This document shows, in pieces, positions 25,947 through 38,848 of a stretch of DNA of 64,000 nt. The translations under genes and the position numbers were made by a program. The notes under the pieces were generated by a model. That model was not told the DNA's origin, searched no databases, and saw nothing but the letters and a program-made list of their open reading frames with translations. Location of the stretch: the NCBI RefSeq assembly GCF_963921235.1, contig NC_086108.1:44022001-44086000 (forward strand), given 5' to 3'. This stretch comes from Mobula hypostoma. Lineage: Eukaryota. The stretch's first letter is position 1, and the number at the start of each line of letters is the position of its first letter.

Positions 25947-28610
25947 TATCCTTATAGAGGGATCAGAAGTGGAGAGAGTGAGCAGCTTCAACTTCCTGGG
26001 TGTCAAGATCTTTGAGGATCTAACCTGGTCCCAACACATTGATGTAGTTATAAAGAAGGCAAGGCAGCGGCTTTACTTTATTTGGAGTTAGCAGAGATTT
26101 GTCATGTCAACAAGTACACTCAAAAACTTCTATAGTTGTACCGTGGAGAACATTTTGACAGGCTGCATGACTGTCTGGTATGGAGGGGCTGCCACACAGG
26201 ACTGAAAGAAGCTGCAGAAGGTTGTAAATCTAGTCAGCTCCATCTTGGGTACTAGCCTACAAAGTACCCAGGACATCTTTCGGGAGCAGTGTCTCAGAAA
26301 GGCAGTGTCCATTATTAAGGACCTCCTACACCCAGGGCATGCCCTTTTCTCACTGTTACCATCATCTAGGGCAGTGGTCCCCAACCACCAGGCCGTGGAC
26401 CGGTACCAGACCGCAAAGCATGTGCTACTGGGCCGCATGGAACCGATATGAGTCAACTGCACCTTTCCTCATTCCGTCACGCCCACTGCTGAACTTGAAC
26501 GCACGTGAGGTCATTACCCACACGAGGACATCAGTTGGTCATTAACCTACAACTACTCGATGAGTGAAAAACAAATGTTGCTTGAGAGTTTCTTTGGAAG
26601 AGATGGCAGGGGAGATAAAAGGCCTAACAATGATGATAATGCGGAGACAGCTGGTGCCGAGACTGCAAAAACAAAGAAAGCTTCCTTCAACAGAAAATAT
26701 GACGAGTCGTACATAAAATATGGCTTTATTGTGACCAGTGACTTGCACGCTCCAAGCCCCCTGTGTGTGATATGTGGAGACAAGCTGTCTAATGAGGCAG
26801 TGAAGCCCTCAAAACTGCTTCAGCACCTTGAGTCCAAGCACCTGCACTTAAAGACAAACCCATTGAGTTTTTTGAGTGGAAAAAATGTGATCAAGCGGGA
26901 CAGAAGCAAGTGCAGAGAGCCACCACCTCCACAAATGCTGCTGCTCTGAGAGCATCGTACTTAGTGGCTAGCCGTATTGCTAAGGCTAAGAAGCCTTTCA
27001 CTGTTGGTGAAGAATTGTGCCGTGAACTGCTGGGAGAAGTTGCAGCTAACAAGGTGGCACAGGTTTCTCTTTCAGCTGCCACAGTTTCAAGGAGAATCGA
27101 TGACATAGTGGAAGACATCAAAGCACAGCTGTTGGAACGGCTTATTGAGTCTGGTTTCACTACCCAAGTCAAAGAGGTTGCTCCTGAATGCCAGTCTACA
27201 CACTGTGTTACACCCAGGGAAATGCTGGCTAGCCGAAAACTGTCACCTGATCTTAACAGTGTATTGAGTGACGTTGTTGAAGTTATCAATCACATCAAAG
27301 CAAAGGCCCTTAACTCACGTCTGTTTGAGCAGCTTTGCGAGGAAATGGATCAGAGCACAAACGCCTTCTCTTACACACTGAAGTCAGGTGGCTATCAAGG
27401 GGGAGAGCCCTGGCCAGGGTTTTTGAGTTAAGAGAGCAGCTACAGAGATTTCTTTCAGGAAAAAACTCACCACTGGCAGCACACTTCAGTGACGAGTGGA
27501 TAGCAAAACTCGCTTATCTGTGTGACATCTTCAACCTGCTGAATGAACTCAATTTGTCACTTCAGGGGAGAATGACAACTGTCTTCAAGTTGGCAGATAA
27601 AGTGTCTGCTTTCAAAGCCAAACTGGAACTGTGGGGATGGCGAGTGGACATGGGCATATTTGACATGTTCCCAACATTAGCTGGGAATTTGGGAGAGACT
27701 GAGGCTCACAGCTGGTGCGCGATCACCTATCTTCGCTGTCGACAGAATTCGAGCGTTACTTCCCAACCGTAAATGACCCAAGCTGTGCAAAGGAATGACC
27801 CAGTTGTGAACGTTCCTGGTGAATCATCCATGTCAGCGCGGGAAGAAGATCAATTCCTTGAGCTCGCAAATGACGGTGGGCTGAAAAGTATGTTTGACAT
27901 ACCATCTCTGCCGGCATTCTGGATCAAAGTCAAGGCTGAATATCCTGAGATAGCCACAAATGCGCTGAAAACTTTGCTTCCATTTCCGACATCATATTTC
28001 TGCGAAGTGGAGTTTTCTGCAATGAATGCAATGAAAGCTAAATTGCGGAATAGACTGGACATAAGGAACTCCCTTATGACTTATAATTGACTTACCACTA
28101 TATCCACGCGAGGAAAATATGCATTGTGTGTTAAATATTAAATTCGTTAGATAAACCCTTTCAGAATCAAAATTGAGTGTATTAGCCACTTATAGTGACT
28201 TATAGTTGACTTATCATCTATATTCCGGTCATGATTAACAACCCCGCTGGTTGGCCGGTCCGCAGTGCAAAAAAGGTTGGGGACCCCTGAGCTAGGAGGT
28301 ACAGAAGCCTGAAGGCACACACTCAGTGATTCAGGAACAGCTTCTTCCCTCTGCCATCCGATTCCTAAATAGACATTGAATCCTTGGACACTGTCTCACT
28401 TTTTTTAATATACAGTAATTCTGTTTTTGCACATTTTTAAAATCTATTCAATATACGTAATTGATTTACTTGTTTATTTATTATTATTAGTTTTATTTTA
28501 TTTATTGTTTTTTCTCTCTGCTAGATTATGTATTGCATTGAACTGCTGCTGCTAAGTTAACAAATTTCACATCACATGCTGGTGATAATAAACCTGATTC
28601 TGATTCTGAT
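25947..28610 (+). mobile_element. Rex1 LINE 3' part, interrupted by a hAT
   Basis: EVERVSSF.FLGVKI, TLKNFYSCTVE, HPGHALFSLLPS; resumes at 28298; AATAAA plus (CTGATT)n tail. Confidence 0.88.
26372..28289 (+). mobile_element. hAT transposon, Charlie/Buster group, internally deleted
   Basis: 15-bp TIRs CAGTGGTCCCCAACC / GGTTGGGGACCCCTG; degenerate 8-bp TSD atcTAggg / agcTAgga; RKYDESYIKYGF, C..C...KPSKLLQHLESKH, TEVRWLSRG, LAYLCDIF, LLPFPTSYFCE motifs across frameshifts. Confidence 0.93.
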
Positions 28611-30439
28611 TAATTGTGACAGGAGACTATTGCTGAATAGTTTATAACCAGCATCATCCGTATGTACGTGTGTGGCCATTAGACAATACACTGTCAGTTA
28701 TGTGTGTTTATGTTCAAAAGGCAGTGACCTTTGTCACTAATAGTTGGTGAGAAATAAGTAGTAAGGCTATTCAGAACTGGCTTGCTCCCTGTTGATTCAA
28801 CATTCAGAGTTGGAAATGCCAGTAACAGCCAGGAGTGAAAATGAAGCAATTTCACTACTTCAAAAAGTTAGGAATTATGAAGAATTTTAAGGTATCAACG
28901 ATCATCTTGGATGTTCCCTTTGGTCCTCACTGGAAACTCAGCTCTCCCCTGTGGCTCCAAGTAGCTGTTCACATGTGATAGCGACCACTGGGCTAAACCA
29001 GGTGAGGGTAGCCAGTGGGTCTCATACCCTGGTAAGTTAGGGACATGCTATCCTAGAAAGTGAAATCAGCTCCGGCAAACTGGATAGATGAGATCTACAG
29101 TGAGTTCCAATAGCCATGAAGGCAATTCCACAACACTATGTGGAGAGCAAGGGCACGAAGAAACAGAAAAAGTCATGGTTATCCACTGCAACCAGGGAAG
29201 AACCCCAGTTGTGATGTCTACTCATACCACTGGACTCAGACTTCTGAGGTCAAGAGAGTGGAACTGCCCCAGTGCAATAGATTTTCCACTTTAAAATCTC
29301 CCCCACACAGGTTGGCTGGCTGTCCTCATCAGATACAATTGACAACCACCATAGTAATGGTAGTGTTCTAATTTGTTCTGTATTTCATTTAAATGCATAG
29401 TTTGTTCCTCAGTTAAATGATAGTTTGTTTTATTTTATATATCTTCTGAACAATTTCCACGAAACTTCAACTAATTGGAGCAGCCGCTTAATTGGGCCAA
29501 ATGTTCTGGTCCCGATGTGTCCTAATTAACCAAAATCCACTGTACTTTCAGCATAGTTTCTCAATGTTTTAGAAATCTGATGGGTTGACTAGTGCAAAAA
29601 TCAAACACTATTTGTTATAAAAGAGGGTATAGCAATTAATTGAAGAACACAAATGATATATTTTAAAATTTTCTTTCCTAGATTGTTAAAAGTCATAAAG
29701 TCGTAGCAATAAAGTATGCATTTCCTGTGCATGCATAATGTCCAGCAACACTAAGCTGTTGTACCAGTATGTTGTACTCAATTTCAAATCCAAATCTTTA
29801 TTTTCAGTTTATCATTGGAAGATTAAAGCTAAATACAAAATCCAGTCACTTAGACTCAATAGATTGAAATCAGCTGCTCCAAGTGGAGCATTTCCATGAA
29901 TGTTTTCGAACAGCCCAGCTATATACAACTGATGTTATAGGTTGTTTACCCTTCTGTATGTAGTTTGACAGTTCCAAGCAGGAACAACCCCATGATTTTA
30001 AATTCACTGGATTGCAAATGGTTCAAGGTGAATATCTGTGCATGTGACTTAACCTCACGTTATACATGTTTTTATGGATGATAATTGGAGGAAGACCATG
30101 ACCCAGTTTGCCCATTACTGCCCACCCCATACTCCCCCAAACTTGCACACATTGCTGGCCCTGACACAGCATCCATATTGTTGATCCCTCACAGGAGTAT
30201 TGATAATAAAATTTTTAACTTAATAAACACATTTTAGAAAGCAAAACTCCATTTATCCAAAATCCACCATCATTGTTTTTTGTCCTGTTTTGGTAACAGG
30301 GAGAAGTTTTCTTTTAATGAAATTGAAAAGCAGAAGTATTCCTTTCAAAACTGCTCACTGAGGCTTGAGTTTAAAGTCAACATTTTTGAATGATTAACTA
30401 TTTTCCTTTAGTAATTAACTATATTATTTTCTAATCAAG

Positions 30440-30499
30440 AATGGAATTGTGACCATTCCAAAATCCACAAAGAAGGAAAGGATTTGGGAAAACTGCCAG
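30440..30499 (+). CDS. Aldo-keto reductase internal exon
   Basis: tcaAG acceptor, CAG|GTaagt donor; 60 nt, phase 0; NGIVTIPKSTKKERIWENCQ = AKR NADPH-binding IPKS...R..EN motif. Confidence 0.95.
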
Positions 30500-30786
30500 G
30501 TAAGTTTTTTAATTATTCTGTTTTCTTACTTTACCTTAATTCTGTACTATAGACCCTTCGGTAGCATTTCCCAAATGAAAGGTTAATCTTCCTTCATCTT
30601 TGGAGGTTAAGATCCAACAAGCTGTACCTCTTAAGAAGCATGGAGGTGTAAATGAATTGATAGAAAGGTTCATTGCTATTCTTTGTTGTCGCAATTGCAT
30701 CAAATAGTTTTAGAACAATTGGCAGACCTCTCTAATATCACTGACGATTGAATCATTGGCATATAATTTTAGCAAAATGAATCATC

Positions 30787-31861
30787 GATACCATACAGCC
30801 CTCATTGGTGGGGGAGAAGCTCCGTTCAATGCCAACTGGCACCTCCATTGTATCCTGGATAATGGACTATCTGACTGGGAGACCACGGTATGTACTGCAC
30901 CAGAGCTGTGTGTCAAACATGACTATAAATAGCACTGGACCCCCACAGGGGACTTTAGTGGCTCCCTTCCTGTTCACCCTGTATACCTCGGACTTTAGAT
31001 ACAACACTAAGTTATGTCATCTGCAGAAATTCTCTGATGACTCAGCCATAGTTGGGTGTATTAAAGAAGGACAAGAGGATGAATACAGGGCCCTGGTGGA
31101 GGACTTTGTCAAATGCTGCAAGCTGAATCATCTGCAGCTGGACAGTAGTAAGACAGTAGTGCTTTAGGAAGACCAAGCCTGCATTGCTCCCTGTTGCTAT
31201 TGATGGTGAGGACATGGATGTGGTGAGGACCTACAAGTACTTAGGGGTGCACCTGGATGACAGACTTGAGGGGAGCACCAGCTCAGAGGCTATGTACAAG
31301 AAGGGCCAGAGTCACCTCTACTTCCTGAGGAGACTGAGGTCTTTTGGAGTATGAAGGCTTCTCCTTCACATGTTCTACAAGTCTGTTGTTGTCAGTGCAA
31401 TCTTCTTTGCAGTGGTGCGCCGGGGCAATGGCATCAACACAGGTGATGCCAACAGGCTCAATAAACAGATTAGAAAGGCTGGCTTTGTTACTGGAGTTAA
31501 ACTGGACACATTGGAGGCTGTGGTAGAACAAAGGACCCTACGGAAAATCCTGGCAATTTTGGACAACATTTCTCACCCTCTGCATGGCACCTTGGCTGAA
31601 CAGAGGAGCACTTTTATTAATAGACTAAGATGACTGCGCTGCTCCAAAGAGCGTTATATGAGGTCATTCTTACCCTCGGCCATTAGGCTTTATAATGAAT
31701 CAACCAATAGCTGTGGAAGTGATGACCCCCTCCTGTAAGACTGTTTGTAGTAACTTATTTTTTATTCTTTCTACTTCTTTTCTAATATTTCTGTCTGTGC
31801 AATTGTAATGCTCCTGTGACACTGTAATTTCCTTTGAGATCAATAAAGTATCTATCTATCT
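30787..31861 (+). mobile_element. Rex1-clade LINE 3' part (second subfamily)
   Basis: WIMDYLTGRP, TGPPQGT..APFLFTLYTSDF, QKFSDDSAIVG; AATAAA plus (TATC)n tail. Confidence 0.88.
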
Positions 31862-31870
31862 GTAGTAAAG

Positions 31871-32169
31871 TGTGGCGCATAGCCAAGTGGTTAGGACGTT
31901 GGGCTCACGATCTGAAGGCTGTGGGCTTGAGTCTCGGCCAAGGCAGTGTGTTGTGTCTTTGAGCAAGGCACTTAACCACACACTGCTCCAGTCCACCCAG
32001 CTGAAAATGGGCACCGGCAAAATGCTGGGCATTAACCTCGCGATAGACTGGCGTCCTATCTGGGGGGAAGGAGGAGGAGTCTCGTACTCTCAGTTGCTTC
32101 ACGCCACAGAAACCGGCATAAGCACCGGCCTGATGGGCCACAAAAGCTCGGGACAGACTTTAACTTTTT
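31871..32169 (+). mobile_element. tRNA-headed SINE, well preserved
   Basis: A box TAGCCAAGTGG and B-box-like GCTTGAGTCTC; CORE-like tttgagcaaggcacttaacc; ends gactttaactttt. Confidence 0.8.
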
Positions 32170-32869
32170 GTAACTATCTATAATAACTGGATTATAAAAA
32201 GACATGATCAGCAGCCACTAGTATAAAGAATTCAAATAGTGACAGTTATTGGCATAATAAGAGAACCCATCATTTAAATACTGATGCAGAGTTTAAACAA
32301 AAATCCTTGGAATTACAGAGACAGGATTCTGTGTCAATATGTCTAAATCACTGCCACATGTTGTTCCATGATGCACTTTTACCACTTAGATCAAGGACTG
32401 GTCAGGAAACTGAGACAATAGGATAGACCATGAATGTGACAGATACGGGGTCCAGAAAGTATGTTCAAGGAGCTTCAGACATTACACTTGTCCAATAAGT
32501 GTCTTGCAGCAAATGTGACCACAGCACTGTGGTGCAGCAGGCCATTCAGGATGAGAGTAATAAAAAGAAAATATTAACAAAGATGCTGCATAAGCCATGT
32601 AGTAAGAATGGGTGATTATGACAGAAGCAAGTATCTGTGCTTGTAAGGGCAGTTGGAAGGAATGAAAACAAAAAAAATACTCTCCATAATTCTATCTTTG
32701 ACTTCAGCTCCTTTACTGCACCCCAAAGTAAACTATGCAGTTCAGCCTTTACTGACAAGAGGCTGAAAGTACCATATGCCATCTAAAAAAGAAATGACAA
32801 ATAATCTATCAGCCCCTCCACTGAAGTTCTAAAACTTGATGGGGGATAAACTTTAGTTGCAAATTCACA

Positions 32870-34040
32870 ATTTCATCTTCCCTGGCTGCAAAGTGAAGAA
32901 CATGCCAGGAGACCACAGAATGTGACTACTTTCAAGAGAGGTGATGAATCTGACCATTTTAAAGGAAAAGTGGTCTCCCTGCTGCCTGACGGGGAAAATT
33001 TTCACCAAGGTCCTTTGCAATACCTCCAACAATTGTTCCCTGTTGGAGTCTGAATGACATTAATCTAGAAGCATGCTGGACCTTGACAACTCCAAGAAAA
33101 ATGCAAGAAGAGAATCCAATTACTAGATATGGTCTTTATCAATTTTGCTGGAAACTTTGATTCTCAGTTGAGAGAGACTTGGGAATCCTCAAATTTGATT
33201 GCCTGCAGAAATTCATTCCCATCTTACAGGTGCTTCATGATCACATGCCACCAGTAAGTCCATTGCATGTCCAATCTGAATATATTGTGGTATTAAGCAA
33301 GATTATTTTCTCACTATGACCCTCTGAGTTATTTTTGAAATGCTTGAATGCTGTACTTGCTTCCACAAGCTTTCTGCTGGACAGGGGCCAATGGGAAATT
33401 ACTTACCCTACGTTACCACCACTCCAGGACCAAAAAGTCAATCTTACTTAAAGCATTTGGTCTGCAGTACACAGATGTTCAAAAACCAGGCTTCAAGTCA
33501 GCATTAATATATTAACTGAGATGTGTGGGGGTATGGGCCTACAATCAGCCTGTGCTCACTATACAACACCACCCTCCAACAATAGAGCCATGACAAGACT
33601 CAACAAAGATATCTTCAGCGCACCAGCAGAGCATTAAGAATAATAAGTCTCAGTGCAAAGCTTTAGATCTCCTTATAGCAGGTACTTCAAAGCACTGAAG
33701 CTGCCTCTGTACAATCTTCTAAATCCACAGGAGGCTAAGCTATAATTACAGTCAGTTGACTGTCAGGTGGGCCACAAGTTTCACCTACCTGAAACCAGAT
33801 TCCCAAAACCAGCACATTGTTCTGTTTTCTGTCATGGGAAGAGATTACCATGTGGACACGGGAAGAGATTTGCCAAGCCTCCTTTCTAATCTACACTCCT
33901 TCCTTGGAATCCTTGGCCCAAAAGGGCACTGGAAATGGCACTAAAGAACCTTGAGACCTTGCACTGGGAGCATACTGAAGTGAAAGCAAAGGGAGCATCC
34001 CCGCCTATCCTGCCAGACACTTCTTGCCCCGGCAATCATC
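32870..34040 (+). mobile_element. Very decayed LINE, possibly RTE clade
   Basis: Only faint RT-like remnants (tggtctttatcaattttgctggaaactttgattc; ggtattaagcaag); no usable ORF. Confidence 0.35.
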
Positions 34041-34099
34041 TCAAAACCATTGAACTGATTGAGGAATAGTAGTAAAAGCAGACAGTATACTTGGAGAGA

Positions 34100-35585
34100 T
34101 AAATATTATTGGCTGCTATCATGAGTACAAGTTCCAAAGGTGCCAAGCTTTATGACATCGGTTTAGTGCTGGAGTAGTAAGATCCAGGATGAAGAAACAG
34201 AGTGTACAGATGTAAGAATATTCTAACAATTGGGGTCAGAGCAAAGAAAATGGCAAGGAGACAAAATAAAAAGACAAGATCTAATAGTCATCACAGAAAT
34301 ATGGTAGAAGGTGACAAAGTGGAGGCTATCAGTGTGATCTGGGACTTATGGCTCTTTTAGGAGTAGTGACTGCAGTATGATTGATTAGTCTGTAACTAGG
34401 GTTTCAAATCTGAATTAAGTAAACTACAAAAGCACCCAGCAAGAACTGGCTATGGTGAATTGAGAAATTACATCAAAATTTATGACAGGTAAACTAGAGT
34501 CATAGAGCACTATGGCATAGAAACAGATCCTTTGCCCCGTCTAGCCTGTGGTGAACTGTTGTTTTGCCTAGTCCCATCGACCTGCACCTAGACCGTAGCC
34601 TCCCCCCCTATACCCCTCCTGTCCATGTACTTATCCAAACTTCTCTTAGGTGTTGCAATCAAACATGCATCCACCAGTTCTGCTGGCAGCTTGTTCCACA
34701 CTTGCACCAACCTCTGAGTGAAGTTCCCCCTCAGGTTCCCCTTAAACATTTCACCTCTCACTCTTAACCAATGACCTCTTAACCTCTAGTTTTAGTCTCA
34801 CCCAACTTCAGTGGTAAAAGCCTGCTTGCATTTACAGCAGTGATGGTTTACATCTAAGCATTTAAAGAATTAAATCATTGTTCACAAGTTTAGATTTTTA
34901 AAAAACTAACAGTAAAAATAGTCGAGCCATTGCCACCAAGAGTTAAAGATAGTATTTGATCAAAGAAAAAGGCATATAATGTTGCCAAGAAAAGTAGTGA
35001 GCCTGAGAATTGGGAACATTCAGAACTTAGCCAAAAAGAACCAAAACATTGATATGAAAGGGAAAATAGAATATGAGTGTACTCAAATGTGAAGCATAAA
35101 CAGACGGTAAAGAGCTTCTACAGATATGTCAAAAGAGAAAGATCAGCTCAGGTTGGTGTGTTTCTTCCTGATAAACACAACAGAAATTACATTGCTATGT
35201 TTTTAAATGAGGTGTATCCAAGAGTTTAGTAAAAAAATGAGTGGAAATCCCATTGAAAATGTGCAACATTTGTACAAAGCCTGACAAGGTTGTTGAATAG
35301 CTGATGTTTCCCCTAGCTGTGGTGTTAGAAACAAGGGCTCACAGTCACAAAATAAGGGTCATCTATACAGTACTGAGATGAGAAACTACATAATCCCTAA
35401 GTAAGAGAAACTTTGGGACTATCTACACCAAGGGCTGCAGATGCTCAATTGCTGAGCATATTCAAGACAGAAGTTGTTAGATTATTAGATATAAAAAGAA
35501 AATCAAGGGTTAAGGAGAAAGTGAAGTGAAATGGCACAAAAGTAAAAGATCAATAAGGATACTGTCTCCTGCTTCCATTTTTATG
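34100..35585 (+). mobile_element. Old CR1 remnant with antisense CR1 3' fragment inserted at ~34497-34833
   Basis: gagcttctacagatatgtcaaaag, atgtttcccc...gggctcacagtc remnants; insert begins with an agtcatagagcacta tail. Confidence 0.6.
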
Positions 35586-38166
35586 CTCCGGATTTGGTAC
35601 CGGTGAATGAAGGATATTAGTCCGATTAGATAACAGAATAATTTGCATGGATTAGGGTATCCAAGTGCACAAGCCACTAAAAACTAGCACATGGGTACAC
35701 AGATCAGTTAAAAAGCCAAATGAAATGTAATCTTGTAATTCACATTAGAATTCAGAAATGAGTTTGTTGACCTCAGTTCTATTGAGTTTCAATCAAGCCT
35801 CTTCTAGTACATTTTGGATGCTGCACAGCAGTGAGAATATTTTGGCTGTCATGGAGTTACTGATGTTTCAGCAAAATCTACCAGGCTCAAAGCATGACAT
35901 TATGAGAACAACTTGCACAAACTTGGCTGGCATCCTCTTGCGCTTTTGGCTTACGAACACTGGATCAGGAATGGCTCATATCACATTTGCCTACTCTGCC
36001 TTCTAATGTTACTTTGGCTGATCCTGGATCTTAGCTATGTTTTCATGCACAAAAATCATCCAGTCTCTATTATGATTAAGTTCAAAAGTAGTGTATCCAC
36101 AGTTCTCCGAGTCAGAATATTCCAATGAGTCACAGTCCTCTGCAGTACCTTTCCTTGGTGGAATCCAAAATGCTGTACCAAGTCCCCTTCATACTAGATT
36201 CTCCAGCCAGAGGAAGTAGTATCTCATAATATCTATTCTGTCAGACTCCCTCAGAATCTTGACCACTTCCCATATTACTGAGCTCCACAGTGAGTGCACA
36301 TCCATCCAACTCTGGCTCACCCTAGTGCAGACTGCAGTTAGACACATCTATCTCAATACTCCACCTTATATCTCCCTCTTTTTATCTCAATATTGCATTG
36401 GTTTACAAGCTTTCTGCTAAAGTGGAGAACAAAATGTTTCAACCTTTGTTGCCAGTAATAATAATTTCTTAGTTCACAATAATTAAGAAGAAAGAGAAAA
36501 ATATTCTCAAAACTCTATTAATTCAAGAATTTCCCTTTTCTGGTACCATGTGGACTGTGCTGTATATTAATCTTTGCTAAATTGTCCTGTTACCAGTTCC
36601 CTAAAAACTGAACTCTAGCCCATTTCTGACTATTGGAGCCAGATTACCTGGACTATAATTTCTATTCATTCACCCTTTTCAGTGACCCACATTGGAGTAC
36701 AATGTGATACTCTCCCTTCCAGTCAGCACCAATAAAGCATGACAGCCTTAAGGATCCCCAGTCATTAACAATGTGCACCCTATCCCACAATATTCATTTT
36801 TACTCCCACAATTAAATGCTTTCATAGTGATGATGTCAAATTGCCCATGGTCTCTGCATTCTTTGTTGTTATTCTTATGGGTTCCAAGTTCTTACCTATT
36901 AACCAGTGTCTCACTGAATCCTTCATTTCTAAATGTACCTGACTGCAAGTAATATCTCTTGAGCATGACCATTAACTAAACAGTAACTACCACCTAAGAT
37001 GTCGACTTACTGGAGTAAATTATTCCAATAATTCCCTATACAACAACCAGCCCTCCCCACCCAACCCAACCCACCAGCTCCCAAAGTATGCAAATATTTT
37101 TAAATACCTGGGATCAAACTGGCCACCTCAATCTCTCACAATACCTTTGACTTATTGCAGTGATAGCAATGACAGTGGGACCCACTAAAGGAGATAAGCT
37201 ATTACTTATTTATGAACCCCAGAGCAACTTTACAATTAAAGCTATTGGAAGGTTCATTTATTATCAAAATATGTATGCAATATACAACTCTGAGATTCCT
37301 CTTCTCCAGATAACCACAAAACAAAGAAAAACCATGCAGTAAGTTCACGACAAACAGCAACCCCCCCCCCCACACCCGCACAAAAACACATCAAGAACAT
37401 TGGCATCCAAAATATCTGGCATAATTTTTTTTTCCAAATAAATGGCTTTGAAAATCTGAGATTCTCTCCTCTGAGGCTATGTATGCCCTTTGGAAAGCAG
37501 GTAAATGGTGTGTGTTGAAGATCACTGGATGGGTTAAAAGTGCAAGGTATTGAATAACTGAATCCTGGCACAGAGCATTCGGTATCAGAAATAATACCGC
37601 AGCATTACAGCAAATAACAGAACCATGAGGACAGCAAATTAGTGCAATGGAGTTAGATTTGCTGCTGTAATATGTTAGCAATATCAAATTGGAATCAGAT
37701 ACAGTGGATTTATACCATGCAAATAGACACTGGTGTTTGGAAATTAGATCACAAAAGCTAGTTTCATCCTAGCCTGAGACACCAATAGATATGGGACAGC
37801 AAGCTAAGATGAGCCAGTAATTCTCTGTGAGCTGAAGTTGGAATCTGCATTTCATTGATGGCACAGGATCAGAAACCTTTGTGGGGAATGCCAATCAAAA
37901 ATTAACATGAAATCCTTTCTTTGAGTATGGTGGACCTTCATCAGACCATACTTAAAAAGACTTTCTCAATAATAATAAGTTTTAGATAACTACCTGAGTA
38001 CAATAACATATTGATCTATACGATTCAAAAACTGAGTTGAATTTCAGATTATTTTATTACTTGAAATAAAATGAGCTGATGTTTCCCCGTTGTTCCATTT
38101 TACTGAGATGCTAACTTCAAGGAACAGAGGAATACTGCTAACTTCACTACACCATGCACTTTGTAG

Positions 38167-38262
38167 GTATTCCATTTTTCCCTTGCGGAGGATGATGTTA
38201 CAGATCTAAATGGAATGCATGATGGCCGACATGTGTCCTGGGATCCTACAAATATCGAATAA
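38167..38262 (+). CDS. AKR terminal exon A (proximal)
   Basis: ctttgtAG acceptor, phase 0; VFHFSLAEDDVTDLNGMHDGRHVSWDPTNIE then TAA. The assembled protein resembles, from memory, the vertebrate 'ZK1290.5/YtbE-like' uncharacterized AKR group. Confidence 0.92.
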   Translation, partial: VFHFSLAEDDVTDLNGMHDGRHVSWDPTNIE

Positions 38263-38671
38263 TGTATGTCAAAATTTTATTCACACTCAGTTTCGTAATA
38301 GATATCAGATGTTCATTCTTTTGATTTATACAAATTGATATTATGAAAATACTTTAGGGAATATTTCAGCAGTAATTCAACAAAATCATCACATACCAAT
38401 GCCATGAACAGACCTCATACACAAAGAATTTTTAATTTTATGTTTCTGCTGGAGATTTAACTAGTGGCTAGTATCATAGAATTTCTGCATGTCATGAATA
38501 CTGTAGATCATAGAAAGGTATTTCCATTTATTTGGTGCCCTGTTGCATTGAACCTAAATTTTTAAATCCCAAACCAGTGTTTTAAAATTTTTAAATGTTA
38601 AAATAACTTTGCTTATAAAGAACTGAAGGAACTAAATACAATACTTATTATCTGAACCTATTGAGACAAGA

Positions 38672-38742
38672 AATAAAAGCAGAACAAAACTTTTGAATGT
38701 AAAGTAAATAAAGTTACTAAAATCATGAAAGCATGAAATAAA
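38672..38742 (+). promoter_or_regulatory. Candidate polyadenylation signals for isoform A
   Basis: AATAAA at 38672, 38707 and 38737, about 0.4-0.5 kb after the exon A stop; region is AT-rich so chance occurrence is possible. Confidence 0.45.
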
Positions 38743-38848
38743 ATCAACTCTGCATATTTGAAAAATGTTCAAGATGATTACCCTTGGAAACATAGAAGAT
38801 CTTAACCTCAAATTAACTTGGTACATCTCTGATATATATACACACACA

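Larger units (their letters stand above)
25826..29542. mobile_element. Tigger/pogo-like non-autonomous DNA transposon (outer layer of a nest)
   Basis: TA-CAGTGGATTCTGGTTAATT ... AATTAACCAAAATCCACTG-TA (TIR with 1 mismatch), TA TSD; no transposase ORF seen. Confidence 0.8.

Noticed and set aside
26560..28090. Domesticated ZBED5/SCAND3-like gene
   Set aside because: Frameshifts, an internal deletion, intact TIRs and a TSD show a transposon copy
28930..29010. HDV-like ribozyme
   Set aside because: I could not build a convincing nested double pseudoknot by eye; needs a descriptor search
31871..31945. tRNA gene
   Set aside because: Degenerate B box, no convincing cloverleaf, and it continues into a SINE body
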